A DNA stretch of 64,000 bases from Candidatus Iainarchaeum sp. (GTDB lineage Archaea; Iainarchaeota; Iainarchaeia; Iainarchaeales; JAZDDZ01), in assembly GCA_043809245.1 (NCBI GenBank), contig JAZDDZ010000023.1, positions 2,821 to 66,820 of the forward strand. The letters are read 5' to 3'. This document shows positions 17,696 to 26,929 of the stretch, one piece after another. The notes below the pieces were generated by a model that saw nothing but the letters and a program-made list of their open reading frames with translations, did not search any database and was not told where the DNA came from. Within the stretch, counting starts at the first letter, position 1; the number at the start of each line of letters is the position of its first letter. The position numbers were made by a program, and so were the translations under genes.

Positions 17696-19735
17696 TTAAA
17701 GGAACAGCGGCACCAGAACAAGCGTGAGTGTTCCAAGCAGCTTGATTAGCACGTGCAGGCTTGGGCCAGCTGTGTCCTTGAATGGGTCTCCGACTGTGTC
17801 CCCGGCGACTGCTGCTTTGTGTGCGTCGCTGCCTTTTCCACCGTAAGCGCCTGTCTCAATGTATTTTTTGGCGTTATCCAGTGCTCCGCCACCCATGTTA
17901 AGCACCAAGGCCATTAGAATGCCTGTGATTGTTCCAACCATTAAATAGGCTGCGGTTGCCTCTGCCCTTAAAACCAAGCCGACCGCAACTGTCATAACAA
18001 CGACTAAGCCGCCTGGCAGAATCATTTCACGCAATGCGGCTTGCGTGCTTATGTCAACGCATTTCGCGTAATCAGGCTTTGCTTTTCCCTGCATTAAGCC
18101 CTTGATTTCCTTGAACTGCCTTCTGACTTCCTTGATGATTTCCTGTGCGGCGTTTCCAACGGCTCTAATTGCGAAAGCGCAGAACAGGAAGACAAGCATT
18201 GCGCCAAGCAGTGCGCCGACAAAGACATTTACTTTTGCCAAGTTAACGACTTCCAATTGCGCGTCAAGGAGATACGCGGAGAAAAGCAAAAAAGCAGCCA
18301 GGCCAGCGCTTCCAACAGCATAGCCTTTAGTCAAAGCCTTTGTTGTGTTTCCGACTGCATCAAGCCTGTCGGTAATTTTTCTGATTGCCGCGGGAGCATC
18401 GCTCATTTCAACTATTCCCCCTGCATTGTCCGCGATTGGGCCAAAAGTATCCATTGCCAAAATGTATGCTGCTGTGCTAAGCATTCCCATTGTCGCAATC
18501 GCGGTTCCGTAAAGCCCGCCTTGGGCAATGCCTGTTTGGTCTCCAAGCCAGAAACTCAGCATGAGCGCTGCACCCAAAACAAATGCAGGCAAAGCCGTTG
18601 ATTCAAGCGCAACGGAAAAGCCTTCAATGAAGTTTGTTGCAGGGCCTGTGACTGATGCCTTTGCAATGTCCTGCACTGGCCTGTGACTTTGCTCTGTGTA
18701 GTAAACCGTGATATAAAGCATTGCAATGCTTGTGAGAATTCCCACTACTCCCGCACCGAAAAACCACAAATTGTTGTCAAGGAAAAGATAGACTGCAAGG
18801 TAAAAAAGGCTTGTTGCAAGTGCAGCAGTAACCCAGTAGCCGCGGTTCAATGCGTTCATTGGGTTTTCCTTTCCGTCAGTTTTTACTGTAAAAATTCCGA
18901 CGATTGATGCAAGCAATCCGAATGCCCTCATGACTAATGGGAAAAGTATTCCAGCCAAGCCGAACACGGGAAATAATGCAACGCCTAAAATCATTGCACC
19001 AATGTTTTCCGCTGCAGTTGACTCGAACAAGTCAGCGCCCCTTCCAGCGCAATCCCCTACATTGTCTCCGACAAGGTCTGCAATGACCGCCGGGTTTCTT
19101 GGGTCGTCTTCGGGTATTCCCGCTTCCACTTTTCCGACTAAGTCTGCGCCTACATCTGCTGCCTTTGTGAAAATTCCGCCGCCCAGTTGCGCGAATAATG
19201 CTATCAGTGAAGCGCCGAAAGCAAAGCCAACAATTCGCAGTGGAACTTCCTGGGCCTGTTCAACTCCGCCAAAGCCAATGAAGAGAAAGCCGACGCCTAA
19301 AAGGCTCATTACAACTATTATTATTCCTGAAACCGCGCCGCCGTAAAGCGCTGTTGTCAGCGCTTCATTCATTCCCTTGCTTGCTGCGGCGGCTGTCCTG
19401 ACATTTGACCTCAAGCTAATCCACATGCCGACATAGCCAGCCAAAGCGGAAAAACATGCGCCAATAATGAATGAAACAGAAGTCGAAAATGCGAGGTCAG
19501 GCCTTCCCGCAAAAGAATAGCCCGCGTAAATTATTACCGCGACAACCAAGGCGATTACGCCTATTGCCTGGTATTGGCGCTTTAGGAAAGCGTTTCCTCC
19601 CTCCATTATCGCCGCGGCAATTTCCTGCATTTTTGCGTTGCCCTTGTCCCTTTTCAAAACATTTCTCGCGAGAAACAGTGCAACTGCTAAGCCGACAGCG
19701 CAAATTGCGAATACAAGCAAAAGATAGTCAAACAA
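17696..19735 (-). CDS. hppA: Membrane-bound H+/Na+-translocating pyrophosphatase
   Basis: 679 aa and polytopic. Signature GADLVGKVE...DDPRNPAVIADLVGDNVGDCAGRGADLFES. Confidence 0.95.
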   Translation of the reverse strand: MFDYLLLVFAICAVGLAVALFLARNVLKRDKGNAKMQEIAAAIMEGGNAFLKRQYQAIGVIALVVAVIIYAGYSFAGRPDLAFSTSVSFIIGACFSALAGYVGMWISLRSNVRTAAAASKGMNEALTTALYGGAVSGIIIVVMSLLGVGFLFIGFGGVEQAQEVPLRIVGFAFGASLIALFAQLGGGIFTKAADVGADLVGKVEAGIPEDDPRNPAVIADLVGDNVGDCAGRGADLFESTAAENIGAMILGVALFPVFGLAGILFPLVMRAFGLLASIVGIFTVKTDGKENPMNALNRGYWVTAALATSLFYLAVYLFLDNNLWFFGAGVVGILTSIAMLYITVYYTEQSHRPVQDIAKASVTGPATNFIEGFSVALESTALPAFVLGAALMLSFWLGDQTGIAQGGLYGTAIATMGMLSTAAYILAMDTFGPIADNAGGIVEMSDAPAAIRKITDRLDAVGNTTKALTKGYAVGSAGLAAFLLFSAYLLDAQLEVVNLAKVNVFVGALLGAMLVFLFCAFAIRAVGNAAQEIIKEVRRQFKEIKGLMQGKAKPDYAKCVDISTQAALREMILPGGLVVVMTVAVGLVLRAEATAAYLMVGTITGILMALVLNMGGGALDNAKKYIETGAYGGKGSDAHKAAVAGDTVGDPFKDTAGPSLHVLIKLLGTLTLVLVPLFL

Positions 19736-19850
19736 TTTTCAGCCCACCAGAAAAATGAATCGCGTACTCAAAAAATCTGCTATAAAAAAGTATTTAAAGG
19801 ATGAGGCTGTTCCTTCAATGCGCAGATAATTTATTTGCTTCTGAATCAAA

Positions 19851-20444
19851 TTGGTTATGAAGATAGCTGGCTTCTTTTCAATTAAAAATATTTTTGGAAA
19901 GCCAAAAATTCCTGTTAGAAAGATAGGCTCACGGAATCTGGTTTGGCCCCCTGAAGCCCAAAAAAGGCTTGTGAAGGAGTTGAAGCACAAGCTGAGGAAA
20001 GGATTGTTCATAAGCCTTCCGATTATTCGCGGCTCAAACTATATTAGAAAATATTACTTTGAAGGAATACCTGTTGCAATAAAGGATACGGGTTTTCTTG
20101 ATGTACACGGCCATGACTACAACTCTTTAAAGCAAGCGTTTCTTGAATACCATCGCGCAATAAAGGCTGGCGAGATTGGCGCGAAGTTCCACAGCCTGCG
20201 GTCTCCAAAGGTTTATGCGAGAGTAAAGAATTTTTTAATTATGGAATATGTAGAGCAAACACCCGTGCAACCAAGTGAAGAGGGAAGCCATTCACAGGCA
20301 ACTTTGGAGGCGAGTAAAAATTTTGATCATCTAATAAAAATCGGGCGCATAAAAGGCATGCTTGTGCCCCAGGTTTCACATATTATGCCGCAAAAAAAAG
20401 AGGGCGGAAAGTGGGTTTTTTACCACCCTTACGACTCGCTTTGA
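19851..20444 (+). CDS. Hypothetical protein, paralogue of 21388..21984
   Basis: About 45% identity to the 21388 ORF across the full length. Shared blocks KDTG...HG..Y......YH.AIK.G and LRSPKVYA....IMEY(F)(V/I)E recall the hinge region of small RIO/Bud32-like kinases. No clear catalytic loop is present. Confidence 0.45.
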   Translation: MVMKIAGFFSIKNIFGKPKIPVRKIGSRNLVWPPEAQKRLVKELKHKLRKGLFISLPIIRGSNYIRKYYFEGIPVAIKDTGFLDVHGHDYNSLKQAFLEYHRAIKAGEIGAKFHSLRSPKVYARVKNFLIMEYVEQTPVQPSEEGSHSQATLEASKNFDHLIKIGRIKGMLVPQVSHIMPQKKEGGKWVFYHPYDSL

Positions 20445-20490
20445 AAATTCCGCAGCGGAAATGCACTCCTTCAGCGCGCTTTTAAATCCT
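20445..20490. promoter_or_regulatory. Copy C of the conserved ~45-bp element with TATA-like 3' end, about 25 nt upstream of the PIN gene start
   Basis: aaaattccgcagcggaaatgcactccttcagcgcgcttttaaatcc. About 40 of 46 positions match copy A. The ttttaaat box sits about 27 nt upstream of the ATG at 20508. Confidence 0.5.
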
Positions 20491-20507
20491 TCAAGGCGGG
20501 CTTCTTT

Positions 20508-20930
20508 TTGATGAAACTGGTTTATTTGGATTCGAATATCTGGATTTACTTCTGGGAGAATAGGGGCGACGGCTTAAGGCCTTTGGGCGAATTTGCTTTT
20601 CAGGTGTTGAAGCGTGCTTATGAGTGCGAGTTTGCGGTTGTGGTTTCTTCAACTGTTCTGGATGAATTGCTATTCAATTACTCTGAGGAAACCGTGAACG
20701 AAATGCTTAAAGACCTGAAGAGGACAAACAAGTACATTTACATTAGGGCTAGGGAAGAGCACAACAGGGAAGCGAGGGAATATTCCCTGAAAACAGGAAT
20801 CGGATTCAATGATTGCCTTCACGCAGTTCTGGCAAAAGCTAGGGGTTGCGAATGTTTAGTCACGCAAAACATTAGGCATTTTGAAAAGCTAGTCGTCCTC
20901 ATTGAACCCAAATCGCCTAGTGATCTCTAA
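20508..20930 (+). CDS. PIN-domain (VapC-like) nuclease
   Basis: N-terminal YLDSNIWIY with a conserved Asp, and FNDCLHAV acidic residues. 140 aa. Confidence 0.7.
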   Translation: MMKLVYLDSNIWIYFWENRGDGLRPLGEFAFQVLKRAYECEFAVVVSSTVLDELLFNYSEETVNEMLKDLKRTNKYIYIRAREEHNREAREYSLKTGIGFNDCLHAVLAKARGCECLVTQNIRHFEKLVVLIEPKSPSDL

Positions 20931-21185
20931 AGCCCTTTCAGGCGTGTGCTCCCTTGCAATTCTTTCCCTGTCAGCGTCTGTAAGCCCTTTTCCTTTTCCC
21001 TTCAAAGCACCCAATTGCTTTGGCAGGTTTTCAAGCGCCTTGCGCCGGTAATATTCAAGGATTATTTTCCTAGCGCCCTCGCGAATCAACTCAGCCTGAT
21101 TGGAGAACCAGCCTGCCTTGACCACTTCATTCATTTCCTTCTTCAACTGCTTTCCGAAACGCACATGAACCAATGAATCAGGCAT
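20889..21185 (-). CDS. Ribbon-helix-helix (CopG/Arc-like) DNA-binding protein
   Basis: MPDSLVHVRFGKQLKKEMNEVVKAGWFSNQAELIREGARKI is a beta-strand plus two helices RHH signature. Convergent with the PIN gene. The track ORF starts earlier (21248); the internal ATG is chosen here. Confidence 0.5.
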   Translation of the reverse strand: MPDSLVHVRFGKQLKKEMNEVVKAGWFSNQAELIREGARKIILEYYRRKALENLPKQLGALKGKGKGLTDADRERIAREHTPERALEITRRFGFNEDD

Positions 21186-21387
21186 AAATAAGGAGGCATC
21201 TAAAAGGTATATAAATGATACTGTCTGAAGGTTCCCCGAATTTAACACCCGCAGCTTAACAGCCCAAAAAACACCCGAATTTAACAGAACCCTGTCTGAA
21301 AAGGCATTTTATTATTAGGTAACTATGCCTTGTATTTGCAGGGCATATTTTATAATTTCATGTTGAGATAAAAATTGGTGGATAAAG

Positions 21388-21984
21388 ATGCTTTCAAGAG
21401 ACAGGCCAAAACAAAGAGTTATAACTAACCCTGTAAAAAAAAGAAACATTATTTGGCAACCAAAAAAACAGGGGGCGCTCATTGCCTTTTTTTCGAAAAG
21501 ATTAAAAAACCCAAACTTCTTTGAGAATTTACCCTCTGCCGGGTTAGGGTCATACAGGATAAAAAAATTTTATTTTAAAGGAATAGTCGTGTTAGTTAAG
21601 GACACCGGCGAGTATGGGTGGCATGGCGGCAACTATAAAGAAATTGAAGAAACATTCAAGAAATACCACAAAGCCATTAAGCAGGGCATAATCAGTGCAA
21701 GCCGCCACGTATTAAGGTCCCCTAAAGTTTATGCAAAAATTGGGCAGTATATTATTATGGAATTTATTGAAAAAATTCCGGAACGCGGGCAAGAGAAAAG
21801 GAGCCTTGCCGAGGCAAAGGAGGAATTGCGCAAAAATTTTAATACATTAGTGGATTCTGGAATAATTAAAGAAAAGGACATGCCGCAATTGGATGGGCGT
21901 GACATAATTTGTTTTGGGAATACCAATCCAGAAAAACCAGGGAATGGCAAGTGGATTTTATTTTATCCCAAGGACCAGGTTTAA
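21388..21984 (+). CDS. Hypothetical protein, paralogue of 19851..20444
   Basis: See 19851..20444. Confidence 0.45.
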   Translation: MLSRDRPKQRVITNPVKKRNIIWQPKKQGALIAFFSKRLKNPNFFENLPSAGLGSYRIKKFYFKGIVVLVKDTGEYGWHGGNYKEIEETFKKYHKAIKQGIISASRHVLRSPKVYAKIGQYIIMEFIEKIPERGQEKRSLAEAKEELRKNFNTLVDSGIIKEKDMPQLDGRDIICFGNTNPEKPGNGKWILFYPKDQV

Positions 21985-21989
21985 GAAAC

Positions 21990-22032
21990 TGTTTTCGCAC
22001 CGGCAATCCACTCCTCCAAAGCGTTTAAAAAG
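21990..22032. promoter_or_regulatory. Copy B of the conserved ~45-bp element, upstream of radA
   Basis: tttcgcaccggcaatccactcctccaaagcgtttaaaaagg. 33 of 37 positions match copy A. Confidence 0.5.
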
Positions 22033-22124
22033 GATTGAAGCAATGATGTTTTGAGCGGGATGCCCAAGTGGAAGCGCACCCTAAAGCGTGTTCCTCGCAA
22101 ACGCATGCCGCAGGAGTTGAGATA

Positions 22125-24632
22125 ATGGGGAAAGAGGATAAAACGGAAAAAATTGAAAAATCAAGTGAAAAGGCGGAAAAAGTTGAAAAGGCCGCGGAGA
22201 ACACTAAATCAATCACTGATTTGCCCGGCATCGGGCCGCAAATGGCTGAAAAGCTTTTGGGTGCAGGTTATAGGACGCTTGAAGCAATTGCGGTTGCAAG
22301 CCCTGCTGAATTAATGGAGGCGGCAAGCTTAGGGGAATTGACTGCAGCGAAAGCGATTAAGGCTGCAAGGGATACTCTTGAAATGGGTTATGAGAGCGCT
22401 GACAAGATAGCGGAGAGAAGGCAGAACCTAGGCAGGATAAGCACAGGAAGCACGGAGGTTGATGCATTAATCGGCGGCGGCATTGAAACGCAGAGCATAA
22501 CCGAGGTTTACGGCCAGATGGCTTCGGGAAAAACCCAATGGTGCTTTCAGCTCGCGGTGACAACGCAGCTTCCGAAAGACAAGGGGGGCCTGGGCGGAAA
22601 CGTTTTATGGGTTGACACGGAAAACAGCTTCAGGCCAGAGAGGATAATCTCGATTGCTAAAAAAAAAGGCTTAGACCCGCAAAAGGCTTTGAAGAACATT
22701 TTCGTTGCGCGCGCATACAATTCCGACCACCAGATGCTTTTGGCTGAAAAAGCCTCTGAACTGATCAAGGAAAAAAACGTAAAACTAGTCATAGTGGATT
22801 CCCTGACCGCGCAATTCCGCGCTGAATTCCTCGGAAGGGGAAAGCTCTCCGACAGGCAGCAGAGGCTCAACAAGCACATGCACACGCTTTCAAAAATGGC
22901 TGAAATGCATAACGTTGCGATTCTCGTGACAAACCAGGTTATGAGCAGGCCAGACATTTTATTCGGGGACCCGACAGCGCCAATCGGCGGCCACATTGTG
23001 GGGCACGCCTGTGTTGGCGGCGAAACACTGGTGCAGCTTGCAGACGGAAGCCTTACGGAAATAAGGGAAGTTGTGCAGGGTGAAAGGATTCTCGCATCAA
23101 ATTTCAGCGACCTTAAAATAAGGGAAGCCGGCTGTTCCTTTCAGTCTGCAAGAAGCGATTTCCGGGAGGCATTTGAAATCGACACAGGGCACAAAATAAC
23201 CGCTTCAGCAAATCATTGCTTCTTCAAGATGGATGGAATGCGGATTGCTGAGATTGAGGCAAAAGACATAAGGAAAGGCGATTATCTTGCGCATGCCAAA
23301 AGCATTCCGGTTGCAACCTCAGTGCAAGGCATTCCTGAGCAGAATTTTAAGGAAGTAGTGGTTGTGAACAAACAAGGCGCAGGCATGATAAGGAACCTGC
23401 TTAAAGCCGAGGGCTATTCAACAAAAACGCAACTGCCTTTTCTTCAGATTTCTCCAAGGCAATTTAGAAGGGTGTTGAACCAAGGCTTTCCAACCGCTTC
23501 AGAAAATATCTCTGTTCTGTCTTCAATGGCCGGAGGAAAAACGTTTTCAGCGCAATTGCTGGCAAATGTTGAGGCAGTTGAAACCCATAAGCACAAAAAC
23601 CTTCAAAGCCAGGATTTTTTTACCAAAGAATTGGCGCAAATAACAGGGTATTTCCTGGGCGACGGTCATGCAGAAGAACGATGCATTAGATTCAAGGATG
23701 CCAGAAAAGAGGTCCTAGAAGAATATGCTGCGCTTTTTGAAAAATTGTACGGAATTAACTGCGGCATTACGCCTGTTTCGAAAAAGAACTGCCACCAGTT
23801 AAACGTTAACAGTAAAGAGCTTGCTGAATTGTTCAGGCATTTGAAGGCAACGGGGCTTGACCTTGCAGCCAAATCCCCAAACAATGTTCTGGCGCAATTC
23901 ATTAAAGGGTTTTTTGACGCAGAAGGCTCTGTGGACAAAAAAATCAGGAGAATAAGCTTTTCCCAGAAAGACACAAAAGTGCTCCAGAAACTTCAGCTAT
24001 TGCTTAAACGATTCGGAATCAATTCAAGAATCAGGACATGCGGAAAAAAGAGGCCGAATAATTTGCTTGAATTATTCAGCACGGATGTCGTGAAATTCGC
24101 GTTAAGCATCGGCTTAACCGCGCCAGACAAAAAGGCGTTACTCGAAAAATGGGTTAAAGAATTCGATGAAAGGAAATCAAAAACAATTGTCCCGATTGAA
24201 AGAAACGCGCTAAAAGCGGCACTAAAAAAAGAATTTGGTTTCTTTTCAAAGGCGCTGAAGCCAAGGCCCTATAGGCATACCACAGTTTGCGAGTTGGAGC
24301 GTGTCATGGCTTGCCTAAACCAAAAGCAAACGCTTTCAATGGAAGGCATGAAAACAAGGCAATTCATTGAGAACATCCTGAACAACGATGTTTTCTTTGA
24401 AAAAGTAAGGGAAACAAGGAAAGTGAAAAATGAAAAACCGCTTTATGACATCAGCGTGCCGGGAATGGAGAACTATATTGCAAACGGCTTCATTGTGCAC
24501 AACAGCAAAACACGCCTGTACCTGAGGAAAAGCAAGGAAGACAAAAGAGTGGCAAAGCTTGTTGACTCGCCGAGCCTTCCTGACGGTGAAGCGGTTTACA
24601 GGGTGACGGAGAACGGAATAGAGGACGTGTGA
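22125..24632 (+). CDS. radA: DNA repair and recombination protein RadA, interrupted in-frame by an intein
   Basis: N-terminal HhH (LPGIGPQMAEKLLGAGY), Walker A GQMASGKTQ and Walker B LVIVDS. The C-terminal extein reads SKTRLYLRKSK.DKRVAKLVDSPSLPDGEAVYRVTENGI. The track start is GTG at 22068. ATG at 22125 with an upstream GGAG is preferred. Confidence 0.9.
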   Translation: MGKEDKTEKIEKSSEKAEKVEKAAENTKSITDLPGIGPQMAEKLLGAGYRTLEAIAVASPAELMEAASLGELTAAKAIKAARDTLEMGYESADKIAERRQNLGRISTGSTEVDALIGGGIETQSITEVYGQMASGKTQWCFQLAVTTQLPKDKGGLGGNVLWVDTENSFRPERIISIAKKKGLDPQKALKNIFVARAYNSDHQMLLAEKASELIKEKNVKLVIVDSLTAQFRAEFLGRGKLSDRQQRLNKHMHTLSKMAEMHNVAILVTNQVMSRPDILFGDPTAPIGGHIVGHACVGGETLVQLADGSLTEIREVVQGERILASNFSDLKIREAGCSFQSARSDFREAFEIDTGHKITASANHCFFKMDGMRIAEIEAKDIRKGDYLAHAKSIPVATSVQGIPEQNFKEVVVVNKQGAGMIRNLLKAEGYSTKTQLPFLQISPRQFRRVLNQGFPTASENISVLSSMAGGKTFSAQLLANVEAVETHKHKNLQSQDFFTKELAQITGYFLGDGHAEERCIRFKDARKEVLEEYAALFEKLYGINCGITPVSKKNCHQLNVNSKELAELFRHLKATGLDLAAKSPNNVLAQFIKGFFDAEGSVDKKIRRISFSQKDTKVLQKLQLLLKRFGINSRIRTCGKKRPNNLLELFSTDVVKFALSIGLTAPDKKALLEKWVKEFDERKSKTIVPIERNALKAALKKEFGFFSKALKPRPYRHTTVCELERVMACLNQKQTLSMEGMKTRQFIENILNNDVFFEKVRETRKVKNEKPLYDISVPGMENYIANGFIVHNSKTRLYLRKSKEDKRVAKLVDSPSLPDGEAVYRVTENGIEDV
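23010..24503 (+). mobile_element. RadA intein (Hint domain plus LAGLIDADG homing-endonuclease domain), 498 aa
   Basis: Begins with Cys (HA|CVGGETLVQLADG) and ends in ...IVHN|S. Internal LAGLIDADG-type motifs (ITGYFLGDGH, KGFFDAEGS). The flanking exteins join to a normal RadA. Confidence 0.85.
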
Positions 24633-24638
24633 TAAAAA

Positions 24639-24848
24639 TTGTGCTTAGCTGTTCCGGGAAGGGTCGTGAAAGCCGAGGGAAAAGGTTTTGTCATTGATTA
24701 CGGAACGGAGCAGCGCACAATAAAAATCAGCACGGTTGACGCGAAAGAAGGCGACTGGGTTTTGGTGCAGCAGGGAATGATTGTTGAAAAGCTGGGCGAA
24801 AAAGAGGCAATGAAAGCGATTAAGGCCTGGCAGCAAGCTGAACGGTGA
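24639..24848 (+). CDS. hypC: [NiFe]-hydrogenase maturation factor HypC
   Basis: 69 aa. The N-terminal MCLAVPGRVV signature is diagnostic of HypC/HybG. Confidence 0.8.
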   Translation: MCLAVPGRVVKAEGKGFVIDYGTEQRTIKISTVDAKEGDWVLVQQGMIVEKLGEKEAMKAIKAWQQAER

Positions 24849-24863
24849 AGTAAGGCAGGGTAT

Positions 24864-25601
24864 TTATTTGCTCAGCTTGCTGGAATGAAGCAAGCCGTTA
24901 GCGGAAAGAACCGAAAGATTCTGCAGCGTGAATCGCTTCAAATTCTTTGCCTGTTCTTTTGAAAGAACCTGAACCGCTTTTCCCCAGTGCACGGAAACAA
25001 AATCTTTTTCTGAAACAGGAAAAGGGTAAAGAAGCTCAACGGTTTTAATTTTTTCCTTTAATTTCAGTTCAGCGCCCTCGGAAAGCAATTCAATGCCTTT
25101 AACTGAAAGGCGGTTTTTTGGCTTCACTTCAAGCACTTCACCCCATTGAATCAGGCAGTCGCTTAAATTCTTTGCAATTGCGGGAACCTTTGGATTCAGG
25201 AAGTTAATGAAGAGAACGTGAAAGGAATGCGAAGGAAGCAGGTCATTTGGCAAAAGTTTTGCTTTTTCTTCGGCTTTTTTTTCTGAAAGGCCAGCGCTAA
25301 CCAAATCATCTGAAATGAATCCCTTGATTTTTGCGGTTGAAATGTTTTCAAGCAACTTGTTGCCGAGCCAGTATGCTTCCAATGCCTTGGAATCAAATTG
25401 TTCGAGGCGGTTTTCTTTTGCGATGAATGAAAGGTAGGCCCTTAAACCGTTGAAACGGAGCAGCGCATCCTTTATTTCCTGTTCGGGAATTTTTTTCCCT
25501 TCAATGAACTCGCTGAACAATTTGAACGCGTTTTCAGGGCCGCAATAGCCGAGGCGGTTTGGCTCAAGGGAATAAGCGCATGCATCTTTCAATGAAAACA
25601 T
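24864..25601 (-). CDS. Hypothetical protein
   Basis: 245-aa ORF in a clean slot between hypC and the transporter. No recognisable motif. Confidence 0.35.
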   Translation of the reverse strand: MFSLKDACAYSLEPNRLGYCGPENAFKLFSEFIEGKKIPEQEIKDALLRFNGLRAYLSFIAKENRLEQFDSKALEAYWLGNKLLENISTAKIKGFISDDLVSAGLSEKKAEEKAKLLPNDLLPSHSFHVLFINFLNPKVPAIAKNLSDCLIQWGEVLEVKPKNRLSVKGIELLSEGAELKLKEKIKTVELLYPFPVSEKDFVSVHWGKAVQVLSKEQAKNLKRFTLQNLSVLSANGLLHSSKLSK

Positions 25602-26515
25602 TACACCACTTGCTTGAATGGCGCTTTAAGCGATGTTAAAAGCCGCGAGGAAAAAACAATCAAGGCAATGCCGGAAACAAGCAGAACGAAAGCCATGGCT
25701 TCCTGCGCGCTGATTGTTTTCTGCAGGAAAACCATTGAAAGGACTGCGGTAATAGGCTGGCCAAGAAGCAGGATTGCCGTTGCAGAGGAAACTGAAATGT
25801 GCTTTAACCCATTATAGTATGTGAAAACATAGCCAAAAAGCAGGGCTGATGTTAAAAGAATCCATTCAATCTGTGGAACGCCAATTTCACCCAATGCTGA
25901 AAAATTGCCTGAAATTAAAAGGAATGAGAGTATGAGCGCCGAGCCGAAAAACATCCTGCCAAAGGCAACAACATTCCCGCTCAATTCTTCCAGAACATGC
26001 TTGCTGAGCACATTCTCTGCCGCCCAGAAAACAACCGCCCCGAGAATCAAGAGGTCAGCGTAATTGAAGGAGGAAATTTTTGAGAACAGGATAAAGTTTG
26101 CAGCCAGCAGCAGCCCTGCGCCTAAAACAAACCATTTTGACAATTTTTCCTTTAAGAAAAACAAGGCCATGAGCGAGGCAAAAATGAAAATTGTCTTGTG
26201 GATGAAACCCGCGTTAACCGCCGAGGTCAGCTTCAGGGCGTAAAAGTAAAGAAGGAATGGAACGCTTCCGCCTATTGCGCCTATTGCGAAAAGCTTTGCC
26301 CATTGCTTTCTTGAAAGCGCCTTTAGGGCTTTGAAGTCCTTGAATAAAAGAATCACTGAAAAGAGCAGGGCTGCGACAACAAGGTTTTTCAGGAACGTGT
26401 AAATAAACGGGTTTGTTTCCTGGACGCCGAACTTGTTCAAAAAAATGGAGAAACCGCTTATTATTGCGGTCAGAAAAACAAGCTGCAAGCCCTTGGAGCG
26501 ATTCAATGCCTTCAC
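25601..26515 (-). CDS. EamA/DMT-family transporter
   Basis: Two repeated 5-TM halves typical of the drug/metabolite transporter superfamily. Confidence 0.7.
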   Translation of the reverse strand: MKALNRSKGLQLVFLTAIISGFSIFLNKFGVQETNPFIYTFLKNLVVAALLFSVILLFKDFKALKALSRKQWAKLFAIGAIGGSVPFLLYFYALKLTSAVNAGFIHKTIFIFASLMALFFLKEKLSKWFVLGAGLLLAANFILFSKISSFNYADLLILGAVVFWAAENVLSKHVLEELSGNVVAFGRMFFGSALILSFLLISGNFSALGEIGVPQIEWILLTSALLFGYVFTYYNGLKHISVSSATAILLLGQPITAVLSMVFLQKTISAQEAMAFVLLVSGIALIVFSSRLLTSLKAPFKQVV

Positions 26516-26551
26516 AAAAAAAAGAAAATACCTTCATTTATTTAAGCATAT

Positions 26552-26929
26552 ATGGGAAAAAACAAGATTCTGGTTTTCGGCAACCCATTGGTTGAGGGGG
26601 ATTCACTTGCTTTAAAGGTTGCAAGGGAGTTAAAAGGAGGGGAAATTGAATTCGTGGAGCTTGACGCGCTTGACGAGCTGGAAGAGTTCGGGAAATCACC
26701 GGCGGTTCTGGATGTCGCAAAGGGAATAAGGAAAGTGAAATTGATTGACAACCTTGATGCGCTGGAGCTTTCGCCGCGCTGCTCAATGCATGACTTTGAC
26801 CTAGCAATCCATTTGAAGCTTTTGAAAAAGCTGGGAAAAATTGATTCCGCGAAAATAATCTGCATTCCAATGGGCTACGATGAAGGAAAAGCCGTTTCAG
26901 AAGTTAGGTTGCTGCTTAAATCCATTTGA
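26552..26929 (+). CDS. Hydrogenase maturation endopeptidase (HycI/HyaD-like)
   Basis: N-terminal ILVFGNPLVEGDSLALKVAREL and a downstream SMHDFDL His/Asp block. 125 aa. Confidence 0.65.
   Translation: MGKNKILVFGNPLVEGDSLALKVARELKGGEIEFVELDALDELEEFGKSPAVLDVAKGIRKVKLIDNLDALELSPRCSMHDFDLAIHLKLLKKLGKIDSAKIICIPMGYDEGKAVSEVRLLLKSI

Noticed and set aside
20889-21248. Classic VapBC toxin-antitoxin operon call for the PIN/RHH pair
   Set aside because: The two genes are convergent with overlapping 3' ends rather than co-directional with the antitoxin first. They are annotated individually, and a functional TA pairing is left open.
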